Assembly: GCA_963811165.1 (NCBI GenBank)
Contig: CAWEQH010000001.1
Location: forward strand, 576,001-640,000
DNA length: 64,000 bases
Reading direction: 5' to 3'
DNA from: an uncultured Nitrospiraceae bacterium
Lineage (GTDB): Bacteria > Nitrospirota > Thermodesulfovibrionia > Thermodesulfovibrionales > UBA6898
The position numbers and the translations under genes are program-made. The notes beneath the pieces were generated by a model, which was given only the letters and a program-made list of their open reading frames with translations, ran no database searches and was not told where the DNA came from. Shown here in pieces: positions 53,945-64,000 of the stretch (positions within the stretch are counted from its first letter, which is position 1; each line of letters opens with the position of its first letter).

Positions 53945-54625
53945 CTACTCTCCCGCAAAAAAGTTATGATGCAGGAGGATGAACCGGTTTCTGGAGACCG
54001 TTATCAATCCGTCTTTTTGCCATTGTCCCAGCACCCTGGTTACCGTCTCGCGCGTAAGCCCCGCCATATCGGCCATTTCCTGATGCGTCAGCTTCAGGTT
54101 GATGATCGTCCCCTCCGGGGTATTTTTGCCGTTTTCTCCTGAAAGGATGGTAAACAGCATCTTCATCCTCTGGGGCGCCTCCCTGAAATTCAATATGTGG
54201 ATCCGTTTCCACGACTCGCGCAGGCGCGAGCAGAGTATGTGGAGAAGGTTCTCCAGCACCTTGCTCTGGCTGTACAGGAGGGCGTAGAAATTTTCTTTTG
54301 AAATAATGGCTATCAGGGATTCCTCCATCGCCATTACCGTTGCGCTGGACGTCTTTCCGTCTATAAGCGAGAGTTCGCCGAAAAACCTTTCCGCCTGATG
54401 GATGGCGAGGATAATCTCCTTCCCCCCTGCCGTCGTCTGGACTACCTTTACCTTCCCCAACAATATGATATACATGAATGCATTTGTTTCTTCCTCAAGG
54501 AGGATCGTCTCGTTTCTGGCAAACTCCTTAACGATGATCCGATTGCTGATCTGGATCAGTTCCTCGTCGGTGAGAGAGGAAAAGAGCTCGATATTTTTCA
54601 GGAAGTCGATCTTTACATTTTCCAT
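53945..54625 (-). CDS. Crp/Fnr family transcriptional regulator
   Basis: FFGELSLID, LTHQEMADMAGLTRETVTR helix-turn-helix; no FNR cysteines. Confidence 0.93.
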   Translation of the reverse strand: MENVKIDFLKNIELFSSLTDEELIQISNRIIVKEFARNETILLEEETNAFMYIILLGKVKVVQTTAGGKEIILAIHQAERFFGELSLIDGKTSSATVMAMEESLIAIISKENFYALLYSQSKVLENLLHILCSRLRESWKRIHILNFREAPQRMKMLFTILSGENGKNTPEGTIINLKLTHQEMADMAGLTRETVTRVLGQWQKDGLITVSRNRFILLHHNFFAGE

Positions 54626-54695
54626 GCCTGGTACTAAAAGGTTACCGCAAAGATATCGGAAATGTAAACGGTTGTCCCCTGAGGCGGCCTCCCGT

Positions 54696-54711
54696 TGTGA
54701 TTCGGATTACA
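54696..54711. promoter_or_regulatory. CRP-type operator
   Basis: TGTGA-N6-TTACA, 9/10 match to TGTGA-N6-TCACA, between the divergent crp and sigma genes. Confidence 0.6.
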
Positions 54712-54842
54712 GTAATTTGTCTCTTTTGTCGTGTAACCTGAAGACGGTATGAAGTCTGCGCAGCCTGAAAAAGGGGGCCGCTTGGAGGGTAAACGCGCAG
54801 AGGTTCCATAATATAAAAAATGAAAAGGACGGCAGGGAAGGG

Positions 54843-56234
54843 ATGAGAAGAAACAATATTTGTCAGGAAGAGACCGAGCAAAGGGATGAACGCGGCGCCA
54901 TAGTCTGCGACGAAGTTGAGGAATTTTCGGATATGTTCGACGCCGGCGGGACAACAGAGGATATCGCGCTTTCCGAAGATGACGACGCCTACCTCTCCGG
55001 AGTGGAATGGGATATCGCGGAGAATCAAAATAACTTCGGACGGACCACAATAGGTGAAAGCGGCGAGAGCCTTGTCCAAAAGTATTTTCATTCGATGGGT
55101 GATCTCCGCGTGCTCACAAAAGAACAGGAGACCGCCCTCGCAAAGGAGATCGAGGAAGGCAGAAAATGCATCAGCAGGATAGTGAAATCCCTGCCATTGT
55201 ATAGCCGCGTCGAAGCGGGTCTCAATGTCCCGCAAGAGGAAAAGGACGCAAAGGCAATGGACCTCTGCCTGGAAATTCTCGAAGGTCTTATGAAAGGGGC
55301 GGGGAGGTCCGACAGACCGGTGAACCGCGACGGGGTATTTCCTGGACAACCGGGTTCGGTTTCAGACAAGGAAAATGCAGGAGCGTCAGTGCATTGCGCG
55401 GTCATGAAGGAGGTCCATAACGAATGCCAGCGTATCGGATCGAAGGTGAAGACCGACGTCGGGGAACTGAAGGGCCGGTGGGAAGTGATAGCGAGCGCCA
55501 GGGAGTCGATTGCCAGGGCCAAGGACGAATTGATTACGAGGAACCTGAGGCTTGTCATCAATGTCGCCAAGCATTATTCCGGGAGGGGGCTTCCTCTTTT
55601 GGACCTTATCCAGGAAGGCAATATCGGTTTGATGAAGGCGGTAGACAGGTTCAAATACGAAATGGGTTTCAAGTTCAGTACCTACGCCACCTGGTGGATA
55701 AGACAGGCGATATCCCGTGCCCTCATCGATCAGTCAAAGACCATCCGTGTGCCGGTGCATATCATGGAGTTTTATAACAAGGTAAGCCGTGTGACGGCGG
55801 AACTGAAGCAGGAGCAGGGAAGGGAACCGGGGACGAAGGAGATCGCAAAAAAAATGGGGATCCCGATGAAAAAGGTAGAAGAAGTCAGAAAGGCCATGCA
55901 GACGCCGGTCGCCCTGCAGACCCCGATAGGCGACGAAAATTCCGATCTCGAAGACTTCATCAGCGACTGCAGCACGCCGTCTCCGGATCTGGATGTCGAG
56001 AAGAAGGAGATATCAAAACATGTGCTGAAGGTCTTAAAGACGCTTTCTCATCGTGAGGAGAGGGTGCTTAGAATGAGGTTCGGTATCGGGGCGGAAAGGG
56101 ACCACACACTCGAAGAGGTGGGGAAACGCCTCTCCATAACCCGTGAGAGGGTGAGGCAGATCGAGGTGCAGGCGATGAAAAAACTGAAGCACCCGAGCAG
56201 GCTCCGCACGCTGAAGTCCCTGGCCGTGTTTTGA
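54843..56234 (+). CDS. RpoD/RpoS-like sigma-70 factor (alternative paralog)
   Basis: NLRLVINVAKHY, DLIQEGNIGLMKAV, FSTYATWWIRQAI, TIRVPVH, TLEEVG..TRERVRQIE; no canonical region 1.1. Confidence 0.92.
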   Translation: MRRNNICQEETEQRDERGAIVCDEVEEFSDMFDAGGTTEDIALSEDDDAYLSGVEWDIAENQNNFGRTTIGESGESLVQKYFHSMGDLRVLTKEQETALAKEIEEGRKCISRIVKSLPLYSRVEAGLNVPQEEKDAKAMDLCLEILEGLMKGAGRSDRPVNRDGVFPGQPGSVSDKENAGASVHCAVMKEVHNECQRIGSKVKTDVGELKGRWEVIASARESIARAKDELITRNLRLVINVAKHYSGRGLPLLDLIQEGNIGLMKAVDRFKYEMGFKFSTYATWWIRQAISRALIDQSKTIRVPVHIMEFYNKVSRVTAELKQEQGREPGTKEIAKKMGIPMKKVEEVRKAMQTPVALQTPIGDENSDLEDFISDCSTPSPDLDVEKKEISKHVLKVLKTLSHREERVLRMRFGIGAERDHTLEEVGKRLSITRERVRQIEVQAMKKLKHPSRLRTLKSLAVF

Positions 56235-56282
56235 GGGTCAATAGCCCCTTCCCTGATTGCGTCTCAAGCATCCTCCGGCTCA

Positions 56283-56834
56283 TTATCGCCGGAGGATGCC
56301 TTCCAGTATCTCATCAAGGTTACTGCATAGCCTGAACCCGTTACCGCTATAGGTGCGATTCCATGGGAACAGTAACCCCGTTGCCAATGCACCGTTTTCA
56401 ACAGCCTTCTTAAGGACATCCGGGGAATCGTCTACGACTACCGTAGTCAGCTCATTAAACAGGCTGGTCTTATCGAACGAAAGGTGAAGTTCGTCATGCA
56501 CCAGCCCATGCGTGTTAAGCCATCTCTTGGTCTGCGGCATGAAATCAGGGGACCGATGGCTGGCTATCGTGATGTGAAACCCATCCTGCGCCAGGGCCTC
56601 AAGGAATTTCTTTGATTCGGGGTAAGGCAGGTATCCGGCGTCGTCTTGGTTAGAGTGGATGGCATTGATCGCCCTGTAGAAATCTTCCTCAGTGCAGTAT
56701 CCTTCCCAGATATCCCAGTGGCTCCATCTATCGGGCGTCGGAAAGTCCTCGTTCACCTTCCGCAGTTCCAAGTAAAAGGCATCACAAAATTGCCATAAGG
56801 TATTGTCTATATCGATGATTGCCGTTTTTGTCAT
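56283..56834 (-). CDS. HAD-superfamily 5'(3')-nucleotidase-like protein
   Basis: IIDIDNTL, ASHR, VVDDSP, PWNR. Confidence 0.8.
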   Translation of the reverse strand: MTKTAIIDIDNTLWQFCDAFYLELRKVNEDFPTPDRWSHWDIWEGYCTEEDFYRAINAIHSNQDDAGYLPYPESKKFLEALAQDGFHITIASHRSPDFMPQTKRWLNTHGLVHDELHLSFDKTSLFNELTTVVVDDSPDVLKKAVENGALATGLLFPWNRTYSGNGFRLCSNLDEILEGILRR

Positions 56835-57150
56835 TGTTTTTTCCACTGCAATATTATAACCAACCGCAGCGAAGTTTAAGTAGACCGTCATCCGGTTTCT
56901 GAAATGTTTTCTCACAGTACCTATCAGCAGGCTGCCAGTACGCCCGTGCGAGGGGTACTTCCTGTATCTAACACCCCAGGGTTTTTACGAGAGGGCAAGA
57001 TTTCCCTTGGAAAGTGATGTTCCGCATCGAAGCAAATTGTGCGGAGTCCGTGTAGAACTTCGCACAATTCTGAGGGATGTGTGCAACAGGGAAGAGCCTC
57101 CCGATTTCAGAAAAAGTCTTTCTGGATTACAATTATCTTTTTGTCTGAGG

Positions 57151-57930
57151 TTAACTCTTCACCCTTTTCTGCTCGTACATCGCTTTGTCCTCCTGAGATA
57201 GCAGTTCATCAAGCGAGCAGGGATATTCTGGATCGTAGCATGCCAAACCAACACTTAGCGATAAATCATAGCTGCGGCCTATTCTTGTGTTGCTAAACTC
57301 AATTTTTTTCTGTAAACGTGAAGTAACTCTCTCGATATTGCCTCCATCTGCTACAGTTGGAATCACTACAAACTCATCTCCACCAATGCGAGCAATGATA
57401 TCGGAATTGCGAAAAGTTTTTCTAAGGATACGGGCGACCTCGCCTAACACTCGATCACCTTCTTGATGCCCCATGGTATCGTTAATTACTTTTAGACCGT
57501 CAAGGTCGACATACACTATGAACATTCCTGTCTTCAACCGATAGGCCATCTTCAACTCATGTTCAGCTAAGGCAAAGAATCCTCGTCGGTTATAAAGGCC
57601 TGTAAGTTCATCGGTAATCGACAATACCTTCATCTCTTCCCCTCTCTGTTTGATAGCTCTAAAAAGAGGAGATATCAGTACTACTCCAGTCAACATTAGG
57701 AGGGATGTGATGAGCCCAATTAGTTCAAATGTCATGTTCGGGAGATTTGACTGATCACCGGGAATGAACGGGACTAATGAAATTATACGCCGGATTCCCA
57801 TAAGAAAGATCGATAAAGAGATCAATATCCATGATATACGTCCTCCGGTAGTTTTTATCAATCTCAGGGCAAAAAAGACCGTTAATAATTGAATAACAAC
57901 CGATATTCCAACAACAAGTTCTATATACAT
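57151..57930 (-). CDS. Membrane-bound diguanylate cyclase
   Basis: Three TMs, DELTGLYNRR, INDTMGHQEGD, RNSD I-site, GGDEF. Confidence 0.92.
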   Translation of the reverse strand: MYIELVVGISVVIQLLTVFFALRLIKTTGGRISWILISLSIFLMGIRRIISLVPFIPGDQSNLPNMTFELIGLITSLLMLTGVVLISPLFRAIKQRGEEMKVLSITDELTGLYNRRGFFALAEHELKMAYRLKTGMFIVYVDLDGLKVINDTMGHQEGDRVLGEVARILRKTFRNSDIIARIGGDEFVVIPTVADGGNIERVTSRLQKKIEFSNTRIGRSYDLSLSVGLACYDPEYPCSLDELLSQEDKAMYEQKRVKS

Positions 57931-58286
57931 ACTTTCCCAATTTCGAAAAAATAGCAGTATCAATTATCAGTCGTAATCAACTCCATTATAGCAGGATAGG
58001 TGTGTTCTGCATAAAGAAATTAGCGTCTATTCTAAGTCTACGGACTCGAATTTCTGGATGAACACCTCGTCCCGGAATGCTGCCATGGAATGAGGGTTTG
58101 TAAAGATAACTGATATATCGTCGAGACGACGCGAGTGTCGGTTTGTCGGTGGACTGTGGAGCTATTACCGACCGGGACGCGCGTTTACTTCTGAGAGAAG
58201 TCGACGATGCTGAGCGCCCCGGCTATTGTATTTACCTTCGTTATTGTATTAATCTTTTTAAGAGACGCAATGCCGGTTGGTTATGC

Positions 58287-59474
58287 ATGTATAAAGAATA
58301 TTTCGGCCTGAAAGAGACCCCTTTTTCAATAGCACCCGATCCCCGCTATCTTTATATGAGCGAGGGGCATAGGGAGGCGCTGGCCCATCTTGAGTACGGC
58401 CTCCGCGGCGACGGAGGTTTCGTCCTTCTCACCGGGGAAGTGGGGACGGGGAAAACGACCGTCTGCAGACGCCTGCTCGAAAAGCTCCCCGACGATTTGG
58501 ACGTAGCATTTATCCTAAATCCGAGGGTCACGGTCGAGGAGCTTCTGGGGACTGTCTGCGACGAACTTGGTATTAAATATCCTGAAGGCAATATAAGCGT
58601 GAAGATATTTGTCGACAGGATCAACGAATTTCTTATCGGGACCTATGCCAAAGGGCGAAGAACGGTCCTGATCATAGAGGAGGCCCAGAACCTCCGCTTT
58701 GACGTGCTGGAGCAGTTGAGACTGCTGACCAATCTCGAGACGAACGAGCGAAAACTCCTTCAGATCATCATGGTGGGGCAGCCTGAGCTCAGGGACATGC
58801 TGGCGAAGCCCGAACTCAGGCAACTGGCGCAGCGGATTACCGCGCGCTATCATCTCGGTCCGCTCTCCGCGAAAGAAGTGGCCTGTTACGTATCGCATCG
58901 CTTATCGGTTGCGGGCGGATCCGGCACGTTGTTCCCGGCGCTCTCAATGAGAACCCTCTTCCGTCTTACGGGCGGCATCCCCCGGCTCATCAATGTCCTT
59001 TGCGACAGGGCCTTGCTCGGGGCCTATGTCCAGGGGAAGGACGGTGTCGATACTGCGACGCTTACGAAAGCAGCCCAGGAGGTCTCCGGCAATGCAAAGC
59101 CCGGGTTGTCAATAGCCGGATATGAGAAGTTGCTTGCCGGGGTGATGATTATCGTCATCGCTGTTGTCTTGTCTGCGGCGTATTATTATCTCAGGAGCGC
59201 ACGACCGGAAGGTGCCGCAGGATTTTTGAATCAGGAGCATGTGAGCGGGCGGCCCTCCGATAGTCCGCGTCTCGATACCGTGTGGTGGTTCGACCGACGG
59301 TCTTTCCCGTGGCGGGACAAAAATGAGCAGAGGGGTATCATGCCGTCGGACGATCAGTGGGCGGTGCCGGAGCTGCCGCACGGGCATTCCTCGGTCGACC
59401 AACAGGGCCGTGAACTTATTGATGACGGTGCTGACGGGACTCGGCAGACTGCTGCCCGGCACGCGGGGGACTGA
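58287..59474 (+). CDS. ExeA/GspA-family AAA ATPase
   Basis: YFGL.E.PFSIAPDPRYLY, GEVGTGKTT, EEAQNL, GQPEL, QRI, GIPRLIN; TM near the C-terminus. Confidence 0.9.
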   Translation: MYKEYFGLKETPFSIAPDPRYLYMSEGHREALAHLEYGLRGDGGFVLLTGEVGTGKTTVCRRLLEKLPDDLDVAFILNPRVTVEELLGTVCDELGIKYPEGNISVKIFVDRINEFLIGTYAKGRRTVLIIEEAQNLRFDVLEQLRLLTNLETNERKLLQIIMVGQPELRDMLAKPELRQLAQRITARYHLGPLSAKEVACYVSHRLSVAGGSGTLFPALSMRTLFRLTGGIPRLINVLCDRALLGAYVQGKDGVDTATLTKAAQEVSGNAKPGLSIAGYEKLLAGVMIIVIAVVLSAAYYYLRSARPEGAAGFLNQEHVSGRPSDSPRLDTVWWFDRRSFPWRDKNEQRGIMPSDDQWAVPELPHGHSSVDQQGRELIDDGADGTRQTAARHAGD

Positions 59475-59476
59475 TA

Positions 59477-60091
59477 GTGTCTTATATCCTGGAGGCATTG
59501 AAGAAACTTGAAGAAAAACGCCGGAGTGAAACCGTGCCGTATTTTCTGTCTGAAGAGTATTCGGACCGGCATAAACGGAAGAAAAAATTTCCCTGGAGGT
59601 CCCTCATTGTCTTTGGACTCTTTCTGAATCTGGGAATCTTTCTCTGGTTGCTCCATCCATGGAGTTTGGGAGGGTCTCCTGAAACCGGGGTGGAGAAGGT
59701 AGTCCAGAGGGTGCCGGTCCAAAGACCGCGGGATAGGGGCAGGAAAAGTATGCAGCCGATAACGAAGACTGAAGTTCCCTCCGCCGGATATGGGGATATG
59801 GTGTCGGTTGCCTCATCTCAGGCGTCCCGTCCCGCTTCTGACGACACGCGCAGGAACACAAAGATAGTCGGCATGAAAGAGCTGCCTTTGTCCGTCAGAC
59901 AAAGACTCCCTGACCTGTCCATCTCGGGTCATTTTTACGACAGCAGACCGTCTGCTCGCGTGATGACCGTCTGCGGCAAAATTCTCCATGAAGGCGATGC
60001 TCCTGCGCCCGGTGTAATACTGGAACGAATTACACCCGACGGGGCGGTTTTTTCCTACGATGGATACCGTTTTCATGAGGGTGTTTTTTAG
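59477..60091 (+). CDS. GspB/ExeB-domain protein
   Basis: MSYILEALKKLE, TM, ELP..VRQ.LPDLSISGHFY, LHEGD, I.PDG..F. Confidence 0.88.
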   Translation: MSYILEALKKLEEKRRSETVPYFLSEEYSDRHKRKKKFPWRSLIVFGLFLNLGIFLWLLHPWSLGGSPETGVEKVVQRVPVQRPRDRGRKSMQPITKTEVPSAGYGDMVSVASSQASRPASDDTRRNTKIVGMKELPLSVRQRLPDLSISGHFYDSRPSARVMTVCGKILHEGDAPAPGVILERITPDGAVFSYDGYRFHEGVF

Positions 60092-60305
60092 GCTGGGTGA
60101 TTCAATAGTGCAGAACGTGTTCAAGATTCTTCATAGACGGCATGAATCAAGCGGACTGACGTGGAATCAGGAGATAGGCCGTGATAAAATGTGGGCAGAT
60201 CAGGAGGTAATGATATACAATGTCCTTGACTCGGTTTGATATGGGTCAGCGAGCAGCGAAGTTTTCATGGGGCAGTTCGATCCATTCACAAGAAAGAGGG
60301 AAAAG

Positions 60306-61778
60306 ATGTTTATCGTCATGATAACGCCGGAATGCGCACCGGTTGCCAAGGTAGGGGGGCTTGCCGATGTCGTCTACGGGCTCACCCACGAACTCGAGAT
60401 GCGCGGCAATGACGTAGAGATCATCCTTCCGAAATACGACTGTATGCGCTATGACCATATATACGGACTAACCCGGGTTTTTGATGATCTTTGGGTGCCT
60501 TTCTACGACCGCTCGGTCCATTGCTCGGTATTTTTCGGGTTCGTCTACGGCAGAAAATGTTTTTTCATCGAACCCCATTCCGAAAAGAACTTTTTCAACA
60601 GAGGCGTGTATTACGGGCATCACGACGACCCGGAGCGGTTTGCCTTTTTCAGCAGGGCCGCGCTCGAGTTCATGCTCAAGGCAAACAAACGTCCCGATGT
60701 CATCCACTGTCATGACTGGCAGACCGGCATTGTACCTGTTTTGCTGTTCGACATCTACAAACACCTTGGTATGACCCACCCCCGCGTCTGCTATACGCTC
60801 CATAACCTCAAGCATCAGGGGGTGACCGGGGAATTCATACTGCACGCCGCCGGACTCGGCAAGGCCGACTATTATCTCCATCCGGACAGGCTGCGGGACA
60901 ATTTCAATGCTTCCGCAGTCAACCTCATGAAGGGCGGCATCGTCTACTCGAATTTCGTGACTACCGTCTCTCCGAGTTACGCGTGGGAGATCCAAAACAC
61001 CTCCCTGTCCTATGGCCTCGGCCAGACCCTTCACGTACACGCGCAGAAATTGGGCGGCGTCCTCAACGGTGTCGACTACGAGGTATGGAACCCCGAGATA
61101 GACAGGCACATCCCCCGCCGGTACTCAGCCGCTACCGTCGAGGACAAATATAAAAACAAGGATGTCTTGCGCCACAGACTTCTTTTAACCCAGGCGTATA
61201 AGCCGATCGTGGCATATGTGGGCAGGCTGGACCACCAGAAGGGCGTTGACCTTATCAGGGACTCGCTCTTCTATGCGCTGGCCAACGGCTGCCAATTTGT
61301 CCTTCTCGGTTCAAGCCCTGATCACGGGATCAATAACTACTTTCTGCACCTTAAGCGGCACCTTAACGACAACCCCGACTGCCATCTTGAGATCGGGTTC
61401 GACGAAGAGCTCTCACATCTTATTTATGCAGGATCGGACATGATAATTCTGCCGAGTCTGTTTGAACCCTGCGGATTGACGCAGATGATCGCGCTGAAAT
61501 ACGGGACTGTGCCTGTTGTCCGGGCCACGGGAGGGCTCAGGGACACTGTTTTTGACGCGGACTACTCGCCGAGGCCTTACCATGAGAGAAACGGATATGT
61601 CTTCAATGACTTCAACTTCAAGGGGCTGGAGTCGGCGCTCCACCGGGCCATCGGCATGTGGTATACCTACCCGCAGTATTTCAGGGAACTTATGGTCAAC
61701 GGGATGAGATGCGACTTTTCCTGGAACCATCCGGGGCAGCACTACCTGAACATATACGAGTATATCAGGGACAAGTAG
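60306..61778 (+). CDS. glgA: Glycogen synthase
   Basis: ECAPVAKVGGLADV, HCHDWQ, NGVD, QKG, PSLFEPCGLTQ, TGGL.DTV. Confidence 0.95.
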   Translation: MFIVMITPECAPVAKVGGLADVVYGLTHELEMRGNDVEIILPKYDCMRYDHIYGLTRVFDDLWVPFYDRSVHCSVFFGFVYGRKCFFIEPHSEKNFFNRGVYYGHHDDPERFAFFSRAALEFMLKANKRPDVIHCHDWQTGIVPVLLFDIYKHLGMTHPRVCYTLHNLKHQGVTGEFILHAAGLGKADYYLHPDRLRDNFNASAVNLMKGGIVYSNFVTTVSPSYAWEIQNTSLSYGLGQTLHVHAQKLGGVLNGVDYEVWNPEIDRHIPRRYSAATVEDKYKNKDVLRHRLLLTQAYKPIVAYVGRLDHQKGVDLIRDSLFYALANGCQFVLLGSSPDHGINNYFLHLKRHLNDNPDCHLEIGFDEELSHLIYAGSDMIILPSLFEPCGLTQMIALKYGTVPVVRATGGLRDTVFDADYSPRPYHERNGYVFNDFNFKGLESALHRAIGMWYTYPQYFRELMVNGMRCDFSWNHPGQHYLNIYEYIRDK

Positions 61779-61847
61779 GGACTGCCGGGACGATGAGGTC
61801 TGTGAAAGCAGTCTGAGATTTCGGATTTGTAAGAAAAAGGAATTCCC

Positions 61848-62693
61848 ATGCGGCCAATAAGGGAAAAGATTTTCGGGACGGCCATTTTTCTTATATTCTC
61901 GTTCCTTCTGAATTTTTGTGTCTCTCCGGCCGCAGACGCCGGGGAGGTTATCAGGATAGGGGGAGTGGGCGGCGCCCTCGGAACGATGAGGATACTCGCC
62001 TCGGCCTTCATGAAGTCATATCCGGGAATAAAAGTCGTCGTGCTCAAAAGTATAGGCACCAAGGGCGCACTTAAGGCAGTGCCCGACGGGGTGATCGATA
62101 TCGGTCTCCTCGGCATGCCTTCAAAGGACAAAGGACTCGTATCGGGCGCAACGGTGATCGATTATGCAAGTACCCCATTTATTTTCGTTGCCGGAAGGGG
62201 AGTAGAAAATAAAGGCCTCACTATCGAGGAGGTGGCGAGGATTTATCAGGGAGACATCAGGAACTGGCCTGGGGGTGAGAAAATTCGTACGATAATGCGC
62301 AGGACCGATGATTCCGACAACCGTATTGTGGAAGGCATTTCTCCGGGCATAAAAACGGCGCTCGAAGAATTGCTGTCAAGCCGGGGACTTTTGTTTGCGG
62401 TCACCGATCAGGACAACCTGAACATTATTGAAAAGACGCCCGGTGCTCTCGGATACACGACGCTGGCACAAGTGATCTCCGAAAAGCGGCGGGTGAAGAT
62501 CCTCTCACTCAACGGTGTTGTGCCAGGTGTAAGGACGCTTGGTGACGGCAGCTATCCGGTTTCTAAAACGTTCTCCATGATGACGAAACAGGAACCTTCC
62601 GGCAAGGTCCTCAGGTTCGTCAACTTTGTCATGTCTGAAGAAGGTGCGAAGATATTGAAGGACAACGGAAACGTGGCCATTAGAAATAGGTGA
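61848..62693 (+). CDS. PstS-like periplasmic solute-binding protein
   Basis: Signal peptide, IRIGGVG, SIGTKGA, IY.G.I.NW, PGALGY, GSYP. Confidence 0.82.
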   Translation: MRPIREKIFGTAIFLIFSFLLNFCVSPAADAGEVIRIGGVGGALGTMRILASAFMKSYPGIKVVVLKSIGTKGALKAVPDGVIDIGLLGMPSKDKGLVSGATVIDYASTPFIFVAGRGVENKGLTIEEVARIYQGDIRNWPGGEKIRTIMRRTDDSDNRIVEGISPGIKTALEELLSSRGLLFAVTDQDNLNIIEKTPGALGYTTLAQVISEKRRVKILSLNGVVPGVRTLGDGSYPVSKTFSMMTKQEPSGKVLRFVNFVMSEEGAKILKDNGNVAIRNR

Positions 62694-62703
62694 TCGACAA
62701 CCT

Positions 62704-64000
62704 GTGACGAAGGAGACCTCAACAAATATCAGCAGAGTGCTTACGTGGGCGGTCGGGATCATCTTAGGCATGCTCGCCTTCGTCCTTCCCGCGGGGTACT
62801 ATTTGATCTCTTACCAGAATATGACCGGGAACCTCGAAGCCCTGGTCGATGACATCTCCCTGGAACTTTCTCAGGTGATAACGGAAAACCCCGATGTCTG
62901 GGAATATCAGCAGATACGATACCTGGGGTACCTGTCGCAAAGATCACGGCGGGGGCACGAAGAGGACAGGCTCATTCTTAACAATGAAGGAAAGATCATC
63001 GCAGAGTATTCAGACCCGTTGTCTCCGCCGCTGGTAAAGCGGTCTGCCGAACTGTACGATTCGGGGACAGTGGTGGGAAGACTCGAGATCTCCCGCTCGA
63101 TGCGGCCGATACTGAACCGCACCATCATCCTGACACTGATTGCCGTGCCTCTTTGTTGGGGGGCCTTTCTGATCATACGTAAGATACCCCTTAACGCCAT
63201 AAAGGATTCGGAAGAGTCGTTGAGGGCGAGCGAAGCGAGATTCCGCAGACTCTCACAGGAATTTCATGTCCTTCTCAATGCCACCTCTGACGCCCTGCTG
63301 CTGGTGTCCCGGGACTTGACGGTGATATGGGCCAATAAGAGCGCCTCCGGCCTTCTTGAGGGAGGGGGAGGGGACACTGATCTTACGGGAAGGTATTGCT
63401 ATGAAGTAATGCATAAGCGTTCCGGCCCCTGTCCGGACTGTTACCTCAGGAGGAGCCTTTCGACGGGCGATACCGAGAGTTTTTCCTACTCGTCCCGGGA
63501 CGGGAGACTTCTGGAGGCGCGCGCCTTCCCGATAAAAGAGGAAGATGGAGAGATGTACAACGCTTTGGCCGTGATCACCGACATTACGGAAAAAAACGCG
63601 CTCCAGGCCGAGGCCACGAGGGCCGCTCATCTCGCCTCGCTTGGAGAACTGGCAGCGGGGGTCGCGCATGAGATCAATAATCCCATAAATGGCGTTATCA
63701 ACTATGCCCAGTTGCTGGTCAACAAGAGTCCGCAAGGAAGCAGGGAGAACGACCTCGCCGGCAGGATCGTACATGAAGGCGACAGGATCGCGAGGATCGT
63801 CGGAGGCCTTCTTTCCTTTGCGCGGGAGAGTAAGAATGAGAAGTCCGCCTGCCACCTGCAGAAAATAATAGACGACACGGTGATGCTGGTTGCTGCGCAG
63901 CTCCGGCATGACGGCATCAGCGTGCAGGTAAATGTGCCGGAAAAATTGGAGGAGGTAATCGTAAACCCGCAGCAGATCCAGCAGGTCTTTCTGAACATTA
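62704..64000 (+). CDS. Membrane PAS-domain sensor histidine kinase (partial; runs off the right edge)
   Basis: Manual translation from GTG 62704: two TMs, PAS-like segment (CYEVMH..C..C), H-box LGELAAGVAHEINNP, QIQQVFLN. Confidence 0.88.
   Translation, partial: MTKETSTNISRVLTWAVGIILGMLAFVLPAGYYLISYQNMTGNLEALVDDISLELSQVITENPDVWEYQQIRYLGYLSQRSRRGHEEDRLILNNEGKIIAEYSDPLSPPLVKRSAELYDSGTVVGRLEISRSMRPILNRTIILTLIAVPLCWGAFLIIRKIPLNAIKDSEESLRASEARFRRLSQEFHVLLNATSDALLLVSRDLTVIWANKSASGLLEGGGGDTDLTGRYCYEVMHKRSGPCPDCYLRRSLSTGDTESFSYSSRDGRLLEARAFPIKEEDGEMYNALAVITDITEKNALQAEATRAAHLASLGELAAGVAHEINNPINGVINYAQLLVNKSPQGSRENDLAGRIVHEGDRIARIVGGLLSFARESKNEKSACHLQKIIDDTVMLVAAQLRHDGISVQVNVPEKLEEVIVNPQQIQQVFLNI

Noticed and set aside
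60236..60250. FNR-like box upstream of glgA (TTGAT-N4-GTCAG)
   Set aside because: The second half-site is too degenerate to support.

Overview
Bacterial chromosomal segment, probably from an anaerobic Nitrospirota (Thermodesulfovibrionia) or deltaproteobacterium-like organism; this is inferred from gene style only. It is dominated by cell-envelope genes. (1) 1-5.1 kb and 20-37 kb: an ABC-transporter-dependent (wzm/wzt) surface-glycan locus with sulfotransferases, methyltransferases carrying WbdD-like coiled coils, multi-domain glycosyltransferases, an acyltransferase and wbaP. (2) 5-20 kb: a block of radical SAM and exported-protein genes (S74 autocleaving fibre protein, S8 protease, a ~1600-aa OmpB/MofA-type multicopper oxidase with SCO and a cytochrome c, TPR proteins). 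(3) 24.3-27.6 kb: the most striking element, an apparent three-gene operon encoding a peptidoglycan amidase, a MamK-like actin and a pseudo-receiver/TM/SPOR protein, with no other magnetosome genes in the window. (4) 37-44 kb: housekeeping genes (hisA, hisF, M48, FKBP, rlmN, pilF-like) with degenerate interspersed repeats. (5) 44-54 kb: a Wza/Wzc exopolysaccharide export module. (6) 54-64 kb: Crp/Fnr divergent from an extra sigma-70 factor, HAD hydrolase, GGDEF, exeA/gspB, glgA, a PstS-like protein and a partial histidine kinase. Many genes left of ~34 kb carry single-base frameshifts, most likely long-read consensus errors; these genes were reconstructed by hand across frames. No rRNA, tRNA, CRISPR array or transposase was seen.
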